A DNA stretch of 64,000 nucleotides from Pseudomonadota bacterium. Its GTDB lineage: Bacteria; Pseudomonadota; Gammaproteobacteria; RBG-16-57-12. The position numbers and the translations under genes are program-made. Of this stretch, positions 19,327-32,854 are shown piece after piece; the stretch's first letter is position 1; every line of letters begins with the position of its first letter. The stretch covers positions 10,340-74,339 of the forward strand of contig JBFMHP010000031.1 of the NCBI GenBank assembly GCA_040752855.1. The letters are read 5' to 3'. A model generated the notes under the pieces. It worked only from the letters and a program-made list of their open reading frames with translations. It was not told the DNA's origin and ran no database searches.

Positions 19327-20778
19327 ATGCGGGTGCAAAGCAAAATGAGCCTCTTGCGGGGGCGGTCGTGGTTTTTTGTCCTGGCGTTGCTGCTGGGCTT
19401 GCAGCACATGGCGGCCGCGAGGGTGATGCTGCCGGATTTTTCCGAGCTGGTGGACAACTACGGCACCGCGATCGTCAACATCAGTACGACCCAGAAGACT
19501 CAGCATCCAAAAGTTCAGTCTCCCCACAATACCCCGCAGGAAATCCCGGAAGGGCCATTCGGGGATTTGTTCCGGCATTTTTTCGATGATGAGAAGAAGT
19601 TTCGCGAGTTCGAGGAGTTTGATTCCAAGTCATTGGGGTCAGGGTTCATCATTTCCACCGAAGGTTATGTCTTGACCAATCACCATGTGATCAAGGATGC
19701 CAAGGAGGTGGTGGTTCGCCTCTCAGACCGGCGCGAATTGGTGGCGGAAGTCATCGGTTCCGATGAAAAGAGCGACGTCGCGCTGCTCAAGATCGATGCC
19801 AAGGATCTTCCCGTGGTGAAAATGGAGCGTAAAACGCCGGTGAAGGTCGGCGAGTGGGTATTGGCGATCGGTTCGCCCTTCGGGTTCGAACAGACCGTGA
19901 CGGCGGGTATCGTCAGCGCCACCGGGCGCAGTCTGCCGCGCGAGAATTATGTGCCCTTCATCCAGACCGATGTCGCGATCAATCCTGGCAATTCCGGCGG
20001 CCCGCTGTTTGATATGGATGGAAACGTCATCGGGATCAATTCGCAGATTTACAGCCGTACCGGCGGGTTCATGGGGCTGTCGTTTGCCATTCCGATCGAT
20101 GTGGCGCTGTCGGTGGTTGATCAGATCAAGGACAAGGGATATGTCTCGCGCGGCTGGCTGGGTGTGCTGATTCAGGAAGTGACCCGGGAGCTCGCGGAAT
20201 CGATGTCGCTGCCCAAACCCGAAGGGGCTTTGGTGTCGCGCGTGCTGCCCAGCAGCCCGGCCGAAAAGGCGGGTTTGAAGCTTGGCGATGTGATCGTTGA
20301 ATTCAACGGCAAGCCGGTGACCGATTCGGCCAGCCTGCCGCCACTGGTCGGCATGACGGCGGTGGGGGCCAAGGTGAAGGTCAAGCTGATTCGCGATGGC
20401 AAGCCGATGGCGGTCGATGTCAAGATCGGCGAGTTGCCGGGGGATGATGAATTGCGTTTGTCCTCCGCTGGCGAACCGGGGGAGCGGCTCGGCGACCGCA
20501 TAGGTTTGCGCGTGACTGCGCTGGACGACGAACAGCGCGAGCGTTTCGGGATCGAGAAAAACGGCGTATTGGTGACCGAGGTCTTGGAGGGCGCGGCCAA
20601 AAAGGCCGGTGTCCGCCGCGGCGACGTGATCCTGATGCTGAATAACACGGATGTGAAGGATGTGGATCAATTTGCTGATCTGGTTAAGAAATTGCCCGCC
20701 AACAAGAGTATCCGGGTCCTGCTGCAGCGCGGCAGCGGGCCGGTGTTCCTGGCGATGAAGATCACTGACGAAAAGTGA
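19327..20778 (+). CDS. degP: Periplasmic serine endoprotease DegP/MucD with two PDZ domains
   Basis: Signal peptide, catalytic triad context (TNHHV, DVALLK, GNSGGPL) and two PDZ segments. A CAGGAG SD precedes the ATG at 19327. The ORF-track start at 19231 is an over-extension. Confidence 0.88.
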   Translation: MRVQSKMSLLRGRSWFFVLALLLGLQHMAAARVMLPDFSELVDNYGTAIVNISTTQKTQHPKVQSPHNTPQEIPEGPFGDLFRHFFDDEKKFREFEEFDSKSLGSGFIISTEGYVLTNHHVIKDAKEVVVRLSDRRELVAEVIGSDEKSDVALLKIDAKDLPVVKMERKTPVKVGEWVLAIGSPFGFEQTVTAGIVSATGRSLPRENYVPFIQTDVAINPGNSGGPLFDMDGNVIGINSQIYSRTGGFMGLSFAIPIDVALSVVDQIKDKGYVSRGWLGVLIQEVTRELAESMSLPKPEGALVSRVLPSSPAEKAGLKLGDVIVEFNGKPVTDSASLPPLVGMTAVGAKVKVKLIRDGKPMAVDVKIGELPGDDELRLSSAGEPGERLGDRIGLRVTALDDEQRERFGIEKNGVLVTEVLEGAAKKAGVRRGDVILMLNNTDVKDVDQFADLVKKLPANKSIRVLLQRGSGPVFLAMKITDEK

Positions 20779-21032
20779 TTTCGATGCGACTGACGCTGTA
20801 TGGCCATGAGTATTGCCATCTATGCCATGAGATGCTGGAGGCGCTCGCGCCCATGCAGCGTCGGTACCGGTTCGAGGTGAAATGGATCGATATCGAGGGA
20901 TGTGAGGAACTCGAAGCGAGGTTCGGCGAGCGGGTGCCGGTGTTGATGGCGGGGGACGAGGAGATCTGTCACCATGTGCTCGATCCGGCGGCGGTACTCC
21001 AGCGTTTTAACCTGTCTGGAAAAGCTTTATAA
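20775..21032 (+). CDS. Glutaredoxin-like DUF836 protein
   Basis: 85 aa with a CHLC redox motif (LYGHEYCHLCHEM). Its start overlaps the degP stop (ATGA). Confidence 0.6.
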   Translation: MISMRLTLYGHEYCHLCHEMLEALAPMQRRYRFEVKWIDIEGCEELEARFGERVPVLMAGDEEICHHVLDPAAVLQRFNLSGKAL

Positions 21033-21074
21033 TCAGCGCCGGTTCCATGGTGGAAGCCGGGGTTGGTAGCTTAG

Positions 21075-21096
21075 AGGCGCCAAAGTGCGCCTTTTT
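21075..21096 (+). terminator. Rho-independent terminator ending the rpoE-degP-grx transcription unit
   Basis: aggcgc-caaagt-gcgcct followed by tttttt. Confidence 0.7.
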
Positions 21097-21141
21097 TGTT
21101 GAGGCCAGATCATCAGTCAAAAGTTCTTAGAGTGCTAACGA

Positions 21142-22949
<1,808 letters not shown>

Positions 22950-22950
<1 letters not shown>

Positions 22951-23765
22951 TGAATATCAATTTTGAATTGGTCATGGTGGTGGCGCTGGTGGTCTGCCTG
23001 GCGCTGACGCTGCTGGATGTTTACGTGCTCCGTCCCAAGCGTCTGCGTGCGCAGGCGGCGCTGCGCAACGGTCCCGGGCCGGACGATGAGCGTGTTCAGG
23101 CGGCTGGGCGCGAACCGGTGTTGATCGAATATGCCCGGGCGTTCTGGCCGGTGCTGCTGATCGTGCTGGTGCTGCGCTCCTTTGTGATCGAGCCATTTCG
23201 CATCCCGTCCGGCTCGATGATGCCGACCCTGCTGGTCGGTGATTTCATCATGGTGAATAAATACGCCTACGGCCTGCGCCTGCCGGTGGTCAAGACCAAG
23301 ATATTCGACATCGGCGCCCCGGAGCGCGGCGATGTGGTGGTGTTCCGGTACCCGAAGGAGCCGTCTATCGATTACATCAAGCGCGTGGTAGGGGTGCCGG
23401 GGGATGTGATCGGCTATTATGACAAGCAGCTCTATATCAATGGAAAACCTTTAACTCGCGCCGCGGTCGGCCGATATGAAGGGGTGGGGGCCGGAGTCAC
23501 CATGAGCGGCAATGAAGTGTATCAGGAAACCCTGAGCGCGGTGACCCATCAAATCATGATCGACCCCCACAAACCTACGCAGAGCGGCGAAATCACGGTT
23601 CCACCCGGGCATTATTTCGTGATGGGCGACAATCGCGACAACAGCAACGACAGCCGCTTCTGGGGCATGGTCCCGGAGGCGAATCTGGTGGGCAAAGCCT
23701 TCATGATCTGGATGAACTGGGACGATGGGATCGCATTTTCCCGCATCGGCAACATCATTGAATAA
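22950..23765 (+). CDS. lepB: Signal peptidase I
   Basis: SGSMMPTL box with the catalytic Ser, plus the GDNRDNSNDSR box. GTG start overlapping the lepA stop by 1 nt. Confidence 0.9.
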
Positions 23766-23799
23766 CACAACGAGGAGTGTTCAGACGGTGAAGCACGAT

Positions 23800-24168
23800 A
23801 TGCAAAAACAAACTGGGATCACCATGATCGGGATGGCGGTATTACTGGCCATTCTTGCCGTGATCGTGCTGATCGCACTTAAACTGACGCCGATCTATAT
23901 CGATTCCTATAAGATCAATGCCGTCATGAAGGACGTGGTCAATGAAAGGACCGAAGACGGTTCGCGCCTGAGCAAGGAGGATATCCGCAAGCGGTTGGAG
24001 CGGCGCTTCGATATCGAGGACGTCTCGTCGGTATCCGCTGAGGATTTCGACATCAATGCTGACAAAGGAAAGACCTCGGTTTCGGTTCAATATGAAGTGC
24101 GTCGACCCGTGGCGTTTAATATCGACGTGGTGGTGAAGTTCGACAAAAAGGCCGAGGCCGGCAATTGA
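23800..24168 (+). CDS. DUF4845 family membrane-anchored protein
   Basis: Single N-terminal TM helix ([24 protein letters not shown]). Sits between lepB and rnc, as in pseudomonads. The start is either ATG 23800 or GTG 23788. Confidence 0.6.
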   Translation: MQKQTGITMIGMAVLLAILAVIVLIALKLTPIYIDSYKINAVMKDVVNERTEDGSRLSKEDIRKRLERRFDIEDVSSVSAEDFDINADKGKTSVSVQYEVRRPVAFNIDVVVKFDKKAEAGN

Positions 24169-24845
24169 TGCAGCGCCAACCGGATGGATTGACGCGCAAA
24201 CTCGGTTATCGCTTCAAGGACACCACCCTTCTTGCCACCGCATTGACGCACCGCAGCGCCGGGGGGCTCAATAATGAGCGCCTTGAGTTCCTCGGCGATG
24301 CGATCCTAAACTTTCTCATCGCCGAATATCTCTATCATCGCTTTCCCGCCTACAAGGAGGGTCAGTTGAGCCGGTTGCGCGCCAGCCTGGTCAACGGCGA
24401 GACGTTGGCGGAGTTGGCGCGCGATCTGGAGCTGGGCGAATATTTGATTTTGGGGCCGGGCGAGTTGAAAAGCGGCGGGTTCCGCCGCGACTCCATCCTG
24501 GCCGATGCGCTAGAGGCGGTATTCGGCGCGGTGTATCTTGACGGCGGCATGGCGCCGGCCAAGCAGATCATCATGGCGGTATTCGCGGATGTGTTGGAGC
24601 GCATGTCGCCGGATCTCGTGCTCAAGGATGCGAAGACGCGACTTCAGGAATACCTGCAGGGGCGGCGCCTGCCGCTGCCGGAGTATGAGCTGGTGTCGGT
24701 GGAAGGCGAATCGCATGATCAGCATTTCGTCATCCGCTGCCGCGTCAGCAGCATCGGGCATGAGGAATTTTTAGGTGAAGGGTCAAGCCGCCGCAAGGCC
24801 GAGCAGGCGGCGGCCGAAGCGGTGTTGAAGTTTTTGAGTATATGA
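24165..24845 (+). CDS. rnc: Ribonuclease III
   Basis: RNase III signature ERLEFLGDA and a C-terminal dsRBD. Confidence 0.92.
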   Translation: MMQRQPDGLTRKLGYRFKDTTLLATALTHRSAGGLNNERLEFLGDAILNFLIAEYLYHRFPAYKEGQLSRLRASLVNGETLAELARDLELGEYLILGPGELKSGGFRRDSILADALEAVFGAVYLDGGMAPAKQIIMAVFADVLERMSPDLVLKDAKTRLQEYLQGRRLPLPEYELVSVEGESHDQHFVIRCRVSSIGHEEFLGEGSSRRKAEQAAAEAVLKFLSI

Positions 24846-25753
24846 GTGTGACGGAAGAGAAAGATTTTCGGTGCGGTTTTGTGGCGATCGTGGGGCGCCC
24901 CAACGTCGGTAAGTCGACCCTGCTCAACCAGGTGCTGGGCCAGAAGATCAGCATTACCGCGCGCAAACCGCAGACCACGCGCCATAGCATCCGTGGCATC
25001 AAGACCACCGAGGATGCGCAGATCATCTACGTCGATACCCCCGGCATCCATCTGCACGGCAAGCGGGCGATGAACCGCTATCTCAATCGGACTGCCTCCG
25101 GCAGCATCGAGGATGTGGACGCAGTGGTCTTTGTTGTCGAGGGCGCCAAGTGGACCGAGGAAGATCAGGCGGTGTTCGAGCGGGTGACCCAGTCGGGCCA
25201 TCCCATTGTGCTGGCCATCAACAAGATCGACCAGATCAAGGACAAGACGCAGATCCTGCCCTTGATCGAGAAGTTCCAGAAGATGCACGGGTTCGCCGCC
25301 ATCGTGCCCATCTCTGCGCGCACCGGCAAAAGCGTTGAAAATCTCGAGCAAGAGATCAAGAAGCTGTTGCCGCTTTCGCATCCCTTCTATCCCGAGGAGC
25401 AGATCACCGATCGCAGCGAGCGGTTCCTGGCCGCGGAGATCATCCGCGAGAAATTGTTCCGTAACCTCGGGGATGAGATCCCGTATGCCTTGACGGTGGA
25501 GATCGAAAAATTCGCCGAGGAAGACGGCATGCTGCATATCTGCGGCCTGATCTGGGTGGAGCGCCCGGGCCAGAAGGTCATCGTGATCGGCAAGGACGGC
25601 GAAAAGCTCAAGCTCGTCGGGCAAGAGGCGCGCAAGGACATGAACCGGCTGTTCGATCGTAAGGTGTATCTGCAACTCTGGGTGAAGGTGAAGGAAGGCT
25701 GGTCCGACGACGAGCGGGCGCTGCGCAGCCTCGGCTACAGCGATGAGCTCTGA
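24842..25753 (+). CDS. era: GTPase Era
   Basis: [13 protein letters not shown] and NKID motifs plus a C-terminal KH domain. ATGA overlap with rnc. Confidence 0.92.
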   Translation: MSVTEEKDFRCGFVAIVGRPNVGKSTLLNQVLGQKISITARKPQTTRHSIRGIKTTEDAQIIYVDTPGIHLHGKRAMNRYLNRTASGSIEDVDAVVFVVEGAKWTEEDQAVFERVTQSGHPIVLAINKIDQIKDKTQILPLIEKFQKMHGFAAIVPISARTGKSVENLEQEIKKLLPLSHPFYPEEQITDRSERFLAAEIIREKLFRNLGDEIPYALTVEIEKFAEEDGMLHICGLIWVERPGQKVIVIGKDGEKLKLVGQEARKDMNRLFDRKVYLQLWVKVKEGWSDDERALRSLGYSDEL

Positions 25754-26483
25754 GGCCACCCTCCAGCCCGCCTATGTGTTACATGCCCGCGCCTATCGCG
25801 AAACCAGCATCATCGTCGATTTATTTACCCGGGACTTCGGCCGCTTGTCCGCCGTGGCCAAAGGGGTGCGCCGCGCGGGTTCTGCCGAGCGCGTGCTGCT
25901 GCAACCGTTTCGTCCCTTGCTGATTTCCTGGCGCGGGCGCGGTAGCATGCCGACGCTGCGCGGCGTCGAGGCCAACGGTCCCATCTGGCAATTGAATGGC
26001 GCGGCGCTGGCCAGCGCGTTCTACATCAATGAATTGCTGGTGCGCTTGGTGCCTGCCTTTGACCCACATCCTGACATGCTTGGACCCTACGAACGGGTGT
26101 TGGCCGGACTCGCCGAGGCGCCTGTAGAATCGAACAGCGGATTGCCCGCAATCGAGATCCATTTGCGGTGTTTTGAAAAACGCCTGCTGGAGGAGCTGGG
26201 CTATGGGTTGATCCTGGACCATGAAGGTCCCAGCGGCGCGGCGCTGGCGGATGAGGGGTGTTACACCTATCATTTGGATCAAGGCCCGATCGCACAAGCG
26301 GAGCAGGGCCGGCAGTCGGGCGTGCAGATGCACGGGGATGCTTTCAAGGCGCTCCACGCCGAGACCTTTTCGTCCGTGCGTCAGCTCCAGGAGGCCAAGC
26401 AGTTGATGCGGCTGGTGATCAATGCCCATCTCGGCGGCAAGCCGCTGCATAGTCGTGAATTGATGAAGAAAAAAGTTCTCTGA
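25743..26483 (+). CDS. recO: DNA repair protein RecO
   Basis: Position downstream of era and N-terminal OB-fold-like sequence ([20 protein letters not shown]). Confidence 0.85.
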   Translation: MSSEATLQPAYVLHARAYRETSIIVDLFTRDFGRLSAVAKGVRRAGSAERVLLQPFRPLLISWRGRGSMPTLRGVEANGPIWQLNGAALASAFYINELLVRLVPAFDPHPDMLGPYERVLAGLAEAPVESNSGLPAIEIHLRCFEKRLLEELGYGLILDHEGPSGAALADEGCYTYHLDQGPIAQAEQGRQSGVQMHGDAFKALHAETFSSVRQLQEAKQLMRLVINAHLGGKPLHSRELMKKKVL

Positions 26484-26512
26484 TATTCAGAGGATGCATT
26501 GTTGAGGAACAT

Positions 26513-27256
26513 GTGTTGAGCAATTACAAGTCTATCTTGCTGGGCGTGAACATCGATCATGTGGCTACGCTGCGCCAGGCGCGCGGCACCCGCTATCCCG
26601 ATCCGATCCAGGCGGCCATTGATTCCGAACAGGCGGGGGCGGACGCCATCACCTTGCATCTGCGCGAGGATCGCCGTCATATCCAGGAGCGCGACGTGGA
26701 GATGCTGCGGGATATTCTGCTGACGCGCATGAATCTGGAGATGGCCGTCACCGACGAGATGCTGGCCATTGCTGAGCGCATCCGCCCGCAGGAGTGCTGC
26801 CTGGTGCCGGAGCGGCGCGAGGAACTCACCACCGAGGGTGGCCTGGATGTGGCCGGCCAGAAGAGCCGGGTCCGGGATGCCTGCCTGCGCTTGGGCGCCG
26901 CCGGGGTGCGGGTGTCGCTGTTCGTCGACGCCGATCCCGTCCAGATCGAGGCGGCCAAGGAAGTCGGCGCCCCGGTCATCGAGATCCATACCGGCCACTT
27001 TGCCGATGCCGAGACGCCGGCAGAGCAGGTGGCCGAGCTCGAGCGCATCCGGGAAGCGGCGCGCTTCGGTGATGCGCTGGGGCTGCATGTCAACGCCGGT
27101 CATGGCCTGAACTATCAGAATGTATCGGTCATCGCCGCCATCCCGCAGCTGTGCGAATTGAATATTGGTCATGCTATCGTTGCCCGCGCGTTGTTCACGG
27201 GACTGCAGGAGGCGGTACGGGAGATGAAGCGGCTGATGCTGGAGGCGCGCCGGTGA
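26513..27256 (+). CDS. pdxJ: Pyridoxine 5'-phosphate synthase
   Basis: [16 protein letters not shown] and HLREDRRHI motifs. Confidence 0.9.
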   Translation: MLSNYKSILLGVNIDHVATLRQARGTRYPDPIQAAIDSEQAGADAITLHLREDRRHIQERDVEMLRDILLTRMNLEMAVTDEMLAIAERIRPQECCLVPERREELTTEGGLDVAGQKSRVRDACLRLGAAGVRVSLFVDADPVQIEAAKEVGAPVIEIHTGHFADAETPAEQVAELERIREAARFGDALGLHVNAGHGLNYQNVSVIAAIPQLCELNIGHAIVARALFTGLQEAVREMKRLMLEARR

Positions 27257-27645
27257 TCTTCGGGATCGGCACCGATATCGTCAGCGTCGGTCGCATTGCC
27301 GAGGGATTGGAGCGCCACGGCGAGCGCTATGCCCAGCGCATCCTGGGTGACCAGGAATTGGCGGAATTCCAGTCCTCACAGCAACAGGCCCACTTTCTCG
27401 CCAAGCGCTTCGCCGCCAAGGAGGCCTTCGTCAAGGCGCTGGGCACCGGATTCCGCGATGGCATCAGCCTGCGCGAGATCCAGGTGACACACACACCACA
27501 CGGCCGCCCGGGTCTGCTGTGCAGCGGCGAGGCGCAGCGCAAGCTGCTGGAGTTCGGGGTCGGCGAGAGTCATTTGAGTCTCGCCGACGAGAAGGAATTT
27601 GCCATCGCCTTCGTGACTTTGCTCAAGCGGCAGAACGGTTTATAG
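27253..27645 (+). CDS. acpS: Holo-[acyl-carrier-protein] synthase
   Basis: [17 protein letters not shown] is the AcpS N-terminal signature. GTG start overlapping the pdxJ stop. The ORF-track start at 27151 is an over-extension. Confidence 0.85.
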   Translation: MIFGIGTDIVSVGRIAEGLERHGERYAQRILGDQELAEFQSSQQQAHFLAKRFAAKEAFVKALGTGFRDGISLREIQVTHTPHGRPGLLCSGEAQRKLLEFGVGESHLSLADEKEFAIAFVTLLKRQNGL

Positions 27646-27684
27646 CAGCCCCGAAAAAAAGCTGGCGCTCATGTAAAACGGTGG

Positions 27685-27713
27685 TTGTAAGTGCCTGTCC
27701 TTTTTTGTAGAAT
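27685..27713 (+). promoter_or_regulatory. Near-consensus sigma-70 promoter driving tRNA-fMet
   Basis: TTGTAA-17 nt-TAGAAT, with the -10 ending 13 nt before the mature tRNA 5' end. Confidence 0.7.
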
Positions 27714-27726
27714 ACGCTCCACCTGA

Positions 27727-27803
<77 letters not shown>

Positions 27804-27816
27804 AGTTTCGATCTAG

Positions 27817-27838
27817 AAAACCCCGTCAGGGGTTTTTT
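27817..27838 (+). terminator. Rho-independent terminator directly after the tRNA
   Basis: aaaacccc-gtca-ggggtttttt. Confidence 0.8.
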
Positions 27839-27914
27839 GTTACCCAGGAAACTGGGTAGGCGTGCAATATAGCGGGTTTTAGCTATACTTGCGTGTCGTA
27901 GAGATAAGAAGAAG

Positions 27915-27934
27915 TGGGCCGCGGGCCCATTTTT
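27915..27934 (+). terminator. Second intrinsic terminator or attenuator hairpin 16 nt upstream of rimP
   Basis: tgggcc-gcg-ggccca followed by ttttt. Confidence 0.6.
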
Positions 27935-27950
27935 TGTTTGTAAGGCAGGC

Positions 27951-28409
27951 ATGATGCGGCAGGCATCCGGAAAGATCTATGAATTGCTCGCGCCGGTGGT
28001 GACCGGACTCGGTTATGAGCTGGTCGGGATCGAGCATATTTCGCAGGGGAGACATTCCCTGCTGCGCATCTATATCGATGTCGAGCGCGGCGTGACCGTC
28101 GATGACTGCGAAAAGGTCAGTCATCAGGTCAGCGGCGTGCTGGATGTCGAGGACCCCATCAAAGGCGCCTATCATCTGGAGGTCTCCTCGCCGGGGCTCG
28201 ACCGCCCGCTGTTTACCGCCGAGCATTTTGCCCGCTTTGCGGGGCACAAAGCCAAGGTGCAGCTGCGCAGCCCGATCAACGGCCGGCGGAAATTTTCCGG
28301 AGCGATACGGAGTGTCGGCGACGGGGCGGTGCGGCTTGAAATCGAGGAAGGTGAGGTCAGCTTGCCGTTGGATGCAATTGAAAAAGCGAACTTGATACCG
28401 GAATTTTAA
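27951..28409 (+). CDS. rimP: Ribosome maturation factor RimP
   Basis: [20 protein letters not shown]...HSLLRIYID and its position upstream of nusA. Confidence 0.88.
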   Translation: MMRQASGKIYELLAPVVTGLGYELVGIEHISQGRHSLLRIYIDVERGVTVDDCEKVSHQVSGVLDVEDPIKGAYHLEVSSPGLDRPLFTAEHFARFAGHKAKVQLRSPINGRRKFSGAIRSVGDGAVRLEIEEGEVSLPLDAIEKANLIPEF

Positions 28410-28435
28410 GTGCTGGATGGTGGAGACAAAGAGAG

Positions 28436-29926
28436 ATGAGTAAAGAGATATTGATGGTGGTAGACGCGGTTTCCAATGAGAAAGGCGTGGCGCCAGGGAT
28501 TATCTTCGAAGCTATCGAGTCCGCATTGGCGACGGCGACCAAGAAGCGGTTTGAGGACGATGTCGATGTGCAAGTCACCATCGACCGCCATACCGGGGCC
28601 TATGCGACGGTGCGCCGCTGGGAAGTCGTCGCCGAGGAAGACGACGTTGAATTCCCGGAACGCCAGCTTTCCCTGGAGCAGGCGCGCGCCAGCAAACCCA
28701 ACATTCAAGTGGGCGAATTCATCGAAGAGCCGATGGAGTCGGTCGAGTTCGGCCGTATCGCGGCGCAAACCGCCAAGCAGGTGATCGTGCAGAAGGTGCG
28801 CGATGCTGAACGCGCGCGTGTGGTCGACCAGTACAAGCACCGCATCGGCGAGTTGATCACCGGCGTGGTCAAGCGCGTGGACAAGAACGGCGTGATCATG
28901 GATCTGGGCAACGGCGTCGAGGCCTATATCAGCCGTGATAACATGATTCCGCGCGAGGCCGTGCGTTCGGGCGACCGCATCCGCGGCTATCTGTACGATG
29001 TCCGCGCGGAAAGCCGCGGTCCGCTGCTGCAAGTCAGCCGCACGCATCCCAACCTGCTGATCGAACTGTTCAAACTCGAAGTGCCGGAGGTCGGCGAGGG
29101 CTTAATCGAGATCGTCAGCGCCGCGCGCGATCCGGGTTCGCGCGCCAAGATCGCAGTGAAGACCAACGATGCGCGCATCGATCCGGTCGGCGCGTGCGTG
29201 GGCATGCGCGGCTCGCGCGTGCAATCGGTCTCCAACGAGCTCGGCGGCGAGCGCGTGGACATCATCCTGTGGAACGAAAATCCGGCGCAGTTTGTTATCA
29301 ATGCGATGTCGCCGGCCGAGGTCCAATCCATCGTCATGGATGAAGAGTCGCACAGCATGGATATCGCCGTCGTCGATGAACAGCTTTCACAGGCGATCGG
29401 CCGCAACGGCCAGAACGTCAACCTGGCCAGCGAGCTGACCGGCTGGGAACTCAACGTGATGAGCGAATCACAAGCCCAGAAGAAGAGCGAAGAGGAAAGT
29501 CAGCAGGCGATCAAGTTGTTCATGGCGCAACTGGACGTGGATGAAGAAGTGGCCGCCATCCTGGTACGCGAAGGCTTCAGCACGATCGAGGAAGTGGCCT
29601 ATGTGCCGAACTCCGAGATGCTGGATATCGATGAATTCGACGATGAGATCGTCGAAGAGCTGCGCAACCGCGCCCGTGACGTGCTTGTCACGCAGGCGAT
29701 CGAAGAGGAAGAGAAGCACGGCGAGCCGGCGCAGGATCTGCTGGAGATGGACGGCATGGACTCTGCGCTTGCGCACAAGCTGGCGCAGCGCGGTATCTGC
29801 ACGATGGAAGATCTCGCCGAGCAGTCGATCGATGATCTCATCGATATTGAAGGTATAGACGAGGCCCGTGCCGGTGCCTTGATAATGGCCGCGCGCGCTC
29901 CGTGGTTTGCAAGCGAGCAACAATAA
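28436..29926 (+). CDS. nusA: Transcription termination/antitermination factor NusA
   Basis: S1 domain, two KH domains and C-terminal acidic repeats ([18 protein letters not shown]...). Confidence 0.93.
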   Translation: MSKEILMVVDAVSNEKGVAPGIIFEAIESALATATKKRFEDDVDVQVTIDRHTGAYATVRRWEVVAEEDDVEFPERQLSLEQARASKPNIQVGEFIEEPMESVEFGRIAAQTAKQVIVQKVRDAERARVVDQYKHRIGELITGVVKRVDKNGVIMDLGNGVEAYISRDNMIPREAVRSGDRIRGYLYDVRAESRGPLLQVSRTHPNLLIELFKLEVPEVGEGLIEIVSAARDPGSRAKIAVKTNDARIDPVGACVGMRGSRVQSVSNELGGERVDIILWNENPAQFVINAMSPAEVQSIVMDEESHSMDIAVVDEQLSQAIGRNGQNVNLASELTGWELNVMSESQAQKKSEEESQQAIKLFMAQLDVDEEVAAILVREGFSTIEEVAYVPNSEMLDIDEFDDEIVEELRNRARDVLVTQAIEEEEKHGEPAQDLLEMDGMDSALAHKLAQRGICTMEDLAEQSIDDLIDIEGIDEARAGALIMAARAPWFASEQQ

Positions 29927-29946
29927 AAAGCTCGAGAGGTAGGATT

Positions 29947-32451
29947 ATGTCAAGCGTAACGGTTAAACAGTTTGCTGAAACGGTTGGGGTGCCGGTCGAA
30001 CGGCTGATCTCCCAACTCGCCGCGGCGGGCTTGCAGGCGGATGCGCCCGATGCGGTGATTACCGACGATGAAAAAATGGAACTGCTCAAGTATCTGCGCG
30101 GTGATCAGGGCAAAGAAGACTCAGCGCTTGAAACGCCGAAAAAGATCACTCTGAAGCGCAAGACCGCCATTGAGCTCAAACAAAAGACCCCCGAGGGCAA
30201 ATCGAAGACGGTCAACGTCGAGGTGCGCAAAAAACGCACCTATGTCAAACGCACGGTGATCGCGGAAGAGGAAAACGCCAAGCTCGAGGCCGAGCGTCTC
30301 AAGCGCGAAGAGGAAGATGCGATCCTGCGCGCGCAGGAAGAGGCCCGCCGCAAGGCCGAGGAGGAGTCACGCGCCGCCGAAGAAGCCCGACGTGTCGCGG
30401 AAGAGGCGCGTCGCAAAGCGGAAGAAGAGTCGAAGAAAACAGCCGAGAAAGAAGGCGAGCGCCGCCGCCCCGCCGCCGAGCCTGTCAAGAAGGAAGAGGG
30501 CGAGGCTGAGAAAGGCCGCGGCAAGCGCGGCGCCAAGGAGCGTGAGCGCGACTTACGCGAGGAATCCAAGTTTGGGCGCAAGGAACTGCACATCTCCGAG
30601 GATAAATTCGAGCGTCACCGCAAGAAGGGCAAGAAGCCCGGCGAGAGAGAGGCTCTCACGGCCAAGCTGCACGGGTTTGAAAAACCCACCGCGCCGATCG
30701 TGCGCGAGGTCAGTATCCCGGAATCCATTACGGTGGCCGAACTCGCCCAGAAGATGGCGGTGAAGGCCGTGGATGTGATCAAGACCATGATGCAGATGGG
30801 TTCGATGGTGACCATCAATCAGGTGCTCGACCAGGAGACTGCGAGTATCGTGGTGCAGGAAATGGGGCATGTGCCGAAGCTGACGCGCGAAAGCGCGATC
30901 GAGGAAGAGATCGCTGCGGTAATCGACAGCTCCGTGGCAGCGCTGCCCCGCCCCCCGGTGGTGACCATCATGGGCCATGTCGACCACGGCAAGACCTCGC
31001 TGCTCGATTTTATCCGCACCACGCGCGTGGCGGCCGGTGAGGCGGGTGGAATTACCCAACACATCGGTGCCTATCATGTCGATACCGAGCGCGGCACGGT
31101 CACCTTCCTCGATACCCCGGGCCATGAGGCCTTCACGGCGATGCGCGCGCGCGGCGCCAAGGTTACCGATATCGTCATCCTGGTGGTGGCGGCCGATGAC
31201 GGCGTCATGCCGCAGACCAAGGAAGCGATTCAGCACGCCCGCGCCGGTGAGGTGCCGATCATCGTAGCGATCAACAAGATCGATAAACCGGAGGCCAATC
31301 CAGACCGCGTCATGCAAGAGCTGGTTGCCGAAGGCGTCATCCCCGAAGGGTGGGGCGGCGATACCATGTTCGTGCAGGTGTCGGCCAAGACCGGTCAGGG
31401 CATCGATTCGTTGCTCGAGTCGATCCTGCTCCAGGCCGAGGTGCTGGAGTTGACCGCGGTTAAGGACGCCCCGGCCAAGGGTGTCGTGATCGAATCACGC
31501 CTCGACAAAGGCCGCGGCCCGGTGGCAACGCTGCTGATCCAGTCCGGCACCTTGCGCAAGGGTGACATTGTGCTGGCGGGCCTGGAATACGGTCGCGTGC
31601 GCATGATGCTCGATGAGGCGGCCAGGCCGGTGGAAGTCGCCGGTCCGTCGATGCCGGTCGAGGTGCTGGGCTTGTCCGGCACGCCGCGCGCGGGTGATGA
31701 GGCCGTGGTGGTGCTCAATGAGCGCAAGGCGCGTGAAGTCGCCTTGTTCCGCCAAGGCAAGTTCCGCGACGTCAAACTGGCGCGCCAGCAGGCGGCCAAG
31801 CTCGAGAACATGTTCAGCCAGATGGCCGAGGGCGAGGTGCGCACGTTGTCCCTGGTCATCAAGGCCGATGTGCAGGGTTCTGCCGAGGCGCTCACCGATT
31901 CATTGCTCAAGCTTTCCACCAATGAGGTGCGCGTGAAGATTGTGGCCAGTGGCGTCGGTGGTATCAACGAGAGCGATATCAATCTGGCGCTGGCCTCCAA
32001 CGCGGTCATCGTCGGGTTCAACGTGCGCGCGGATGCCTCCGCCAAGCGTCTGGCGGAAGAAGAGGATGTCGATCTGCGCTACTACAGCGTCATCTATGAT
32101 GTGATCGATGAGGTCAAACAGGCGATGACCGGCATGCTTGCGCCCGAATTCAAGGAAGAGATTATCGGCCTGGCCGAGGTGCGCGATGTATTCCGTTCGC
32201 CGAAGTTTGGCGCGGTGGCGGGCTGCATGGTCATCGATGGCGTGGTCAAGCGCAACAATCCGATCCGCGTGCTGCGTGATAACGTGGTGATCTACGAAGG
32301 CGAACTGGAATCGCTGCGTCGCTTCAAGGACGACGTCTCCGAGGTCAAAAACGGCATGGAGTGCGGTATCGGCGTGAAGAACTACAACGACGTGAAGGTC
32401 GGTGACCAGATCGAAGTGTACGAGCGCACCCAGGTGCAGCGTAAGATCTAA
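29947..32451 (+). CDS. infB: Translation initiation factor IF-2
   Basis: Lys/Glu-rich N-terminal region, G-domain motifs ([18 protein letters not shown]) and a GAGAGG SD. The ORF-track start at 29902 is an over-extension. Confidence 0.93.
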   Translation: MSSVTVKQFAETVGVPVERLISQLAAAGLQADAPDAVITDDEKMELLKYLRGDQGKEDSALETPKKITLKRKTAIELKQKTPEGKSKTVNVEVRKKRTYVKRTVIAEEENAKLEAERLKREEEDAILRAQEEARRKAEEESRAAEEARRVAEEARRKAEEESKKTAEKEGERRRPAAEPVKKEEGEAEKGRGKRGAKERERDLREESKFGRKELHISEDKFERHRKKGKKPGEREALTAKLHGFEKPTAPIVREVSIPESITVAELAQKMAVKAVDVIKTMMQMGSMVTINQVLDQETASIVVQEMGHVPKLTRESAIEEEIAAVIDSSVAALPRPPVVTIMGHVDHGKTSLLDFIRTTRVAAGEAGGITQHIGAYHVDTERGTVTFLDTPGHEAFTAMRARGAKVTDIVILVVAADDGVMPQTKEAIQHARAGEVPIIVAINKIDKPEANPDRVMQELVAEGVIPEGWGGDTMFVQVSAKTGQGIDSLLESILLQAEVLELTAVKDAPAKGVVIESRLDKGRGPVATLLIQSGTLRKGDIVLAGLEYGRVRMMLDEAARPVEVAGPSMPVEVLGLSGTPRAGDEAVVVLNERKAREVALFRQGKFRDVKLARQQAAKLENMFSQMAEGEVRTLSLVIKADVQGSAEALTDSLLKLSTNEVRVKIVASGVGGINESDINLALASNAVIVGFNVRADASAKRLAEEEDVDLRYYSVIYDVIDEVKQAMTGMLAPEFKEEIIGLAEVRDVFRSPKFGAVAGCMVIDGVVKRNNPIRVLRDNVVIYEGELESLRRFKDDVSEVKNGMECGIGVKNYNDVKVGDQIEVYERTQVQRKI

Positions 32452-32453
32452 GC

Positions 32454-32849
32454 ATGCCAGGACATCGCGGATACAATCGGGTCGATCGCATTGCGGATCA
32501 AATGCAGCGCGAACTTGCGGAGCTGATTTCCTATCAGCTCAAGGACCCGCGCTTGGGCATGGTGACGATCACCGGCGTGGAAGTCAGCCGCGAGCTGGAT
32601 CACGCCAAGGTGTTCGTCACCCTGATGACTGACGCAGAGGATGCGAAGCAGCAGGCGGTCGCCATCCTCAACAAGGCCGCCGGGTTCCTGCGCAAGGAAC
32701 TCGGACGCAGTATGCGCCTGCGCACCATTCCGCAATTGCATTTCGCTTATGATACTTCGATCGATCAGGGTGTCAGACTCTCGGCGTTGATCGACGCGGC
32801 GGTCGCCAAGGACAAAAAAGGCCATACCACGGATGAGTCCGAGGGCTGA
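32454..32849 (+). CDS. rbfA: Ribosome-binding factor A
   Basis: RVDRIADQMQRELAELI...VTITGVEVSRELDHAKVFV. Confidence 0.88.
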   Translation: MPGHRGYNRVDRIADQMQRELAELISYQLKDPRLGMVTITGVEVSRELDHAKVFVTLMTDAEDAKQQAVAILNKAAGFLRKELGRSMRLRTIPQLHFAYDTSIDQGVRLSALIDAAVAKDKKGHTTDESEG

Positions 32850-32854
32850 GCCGG

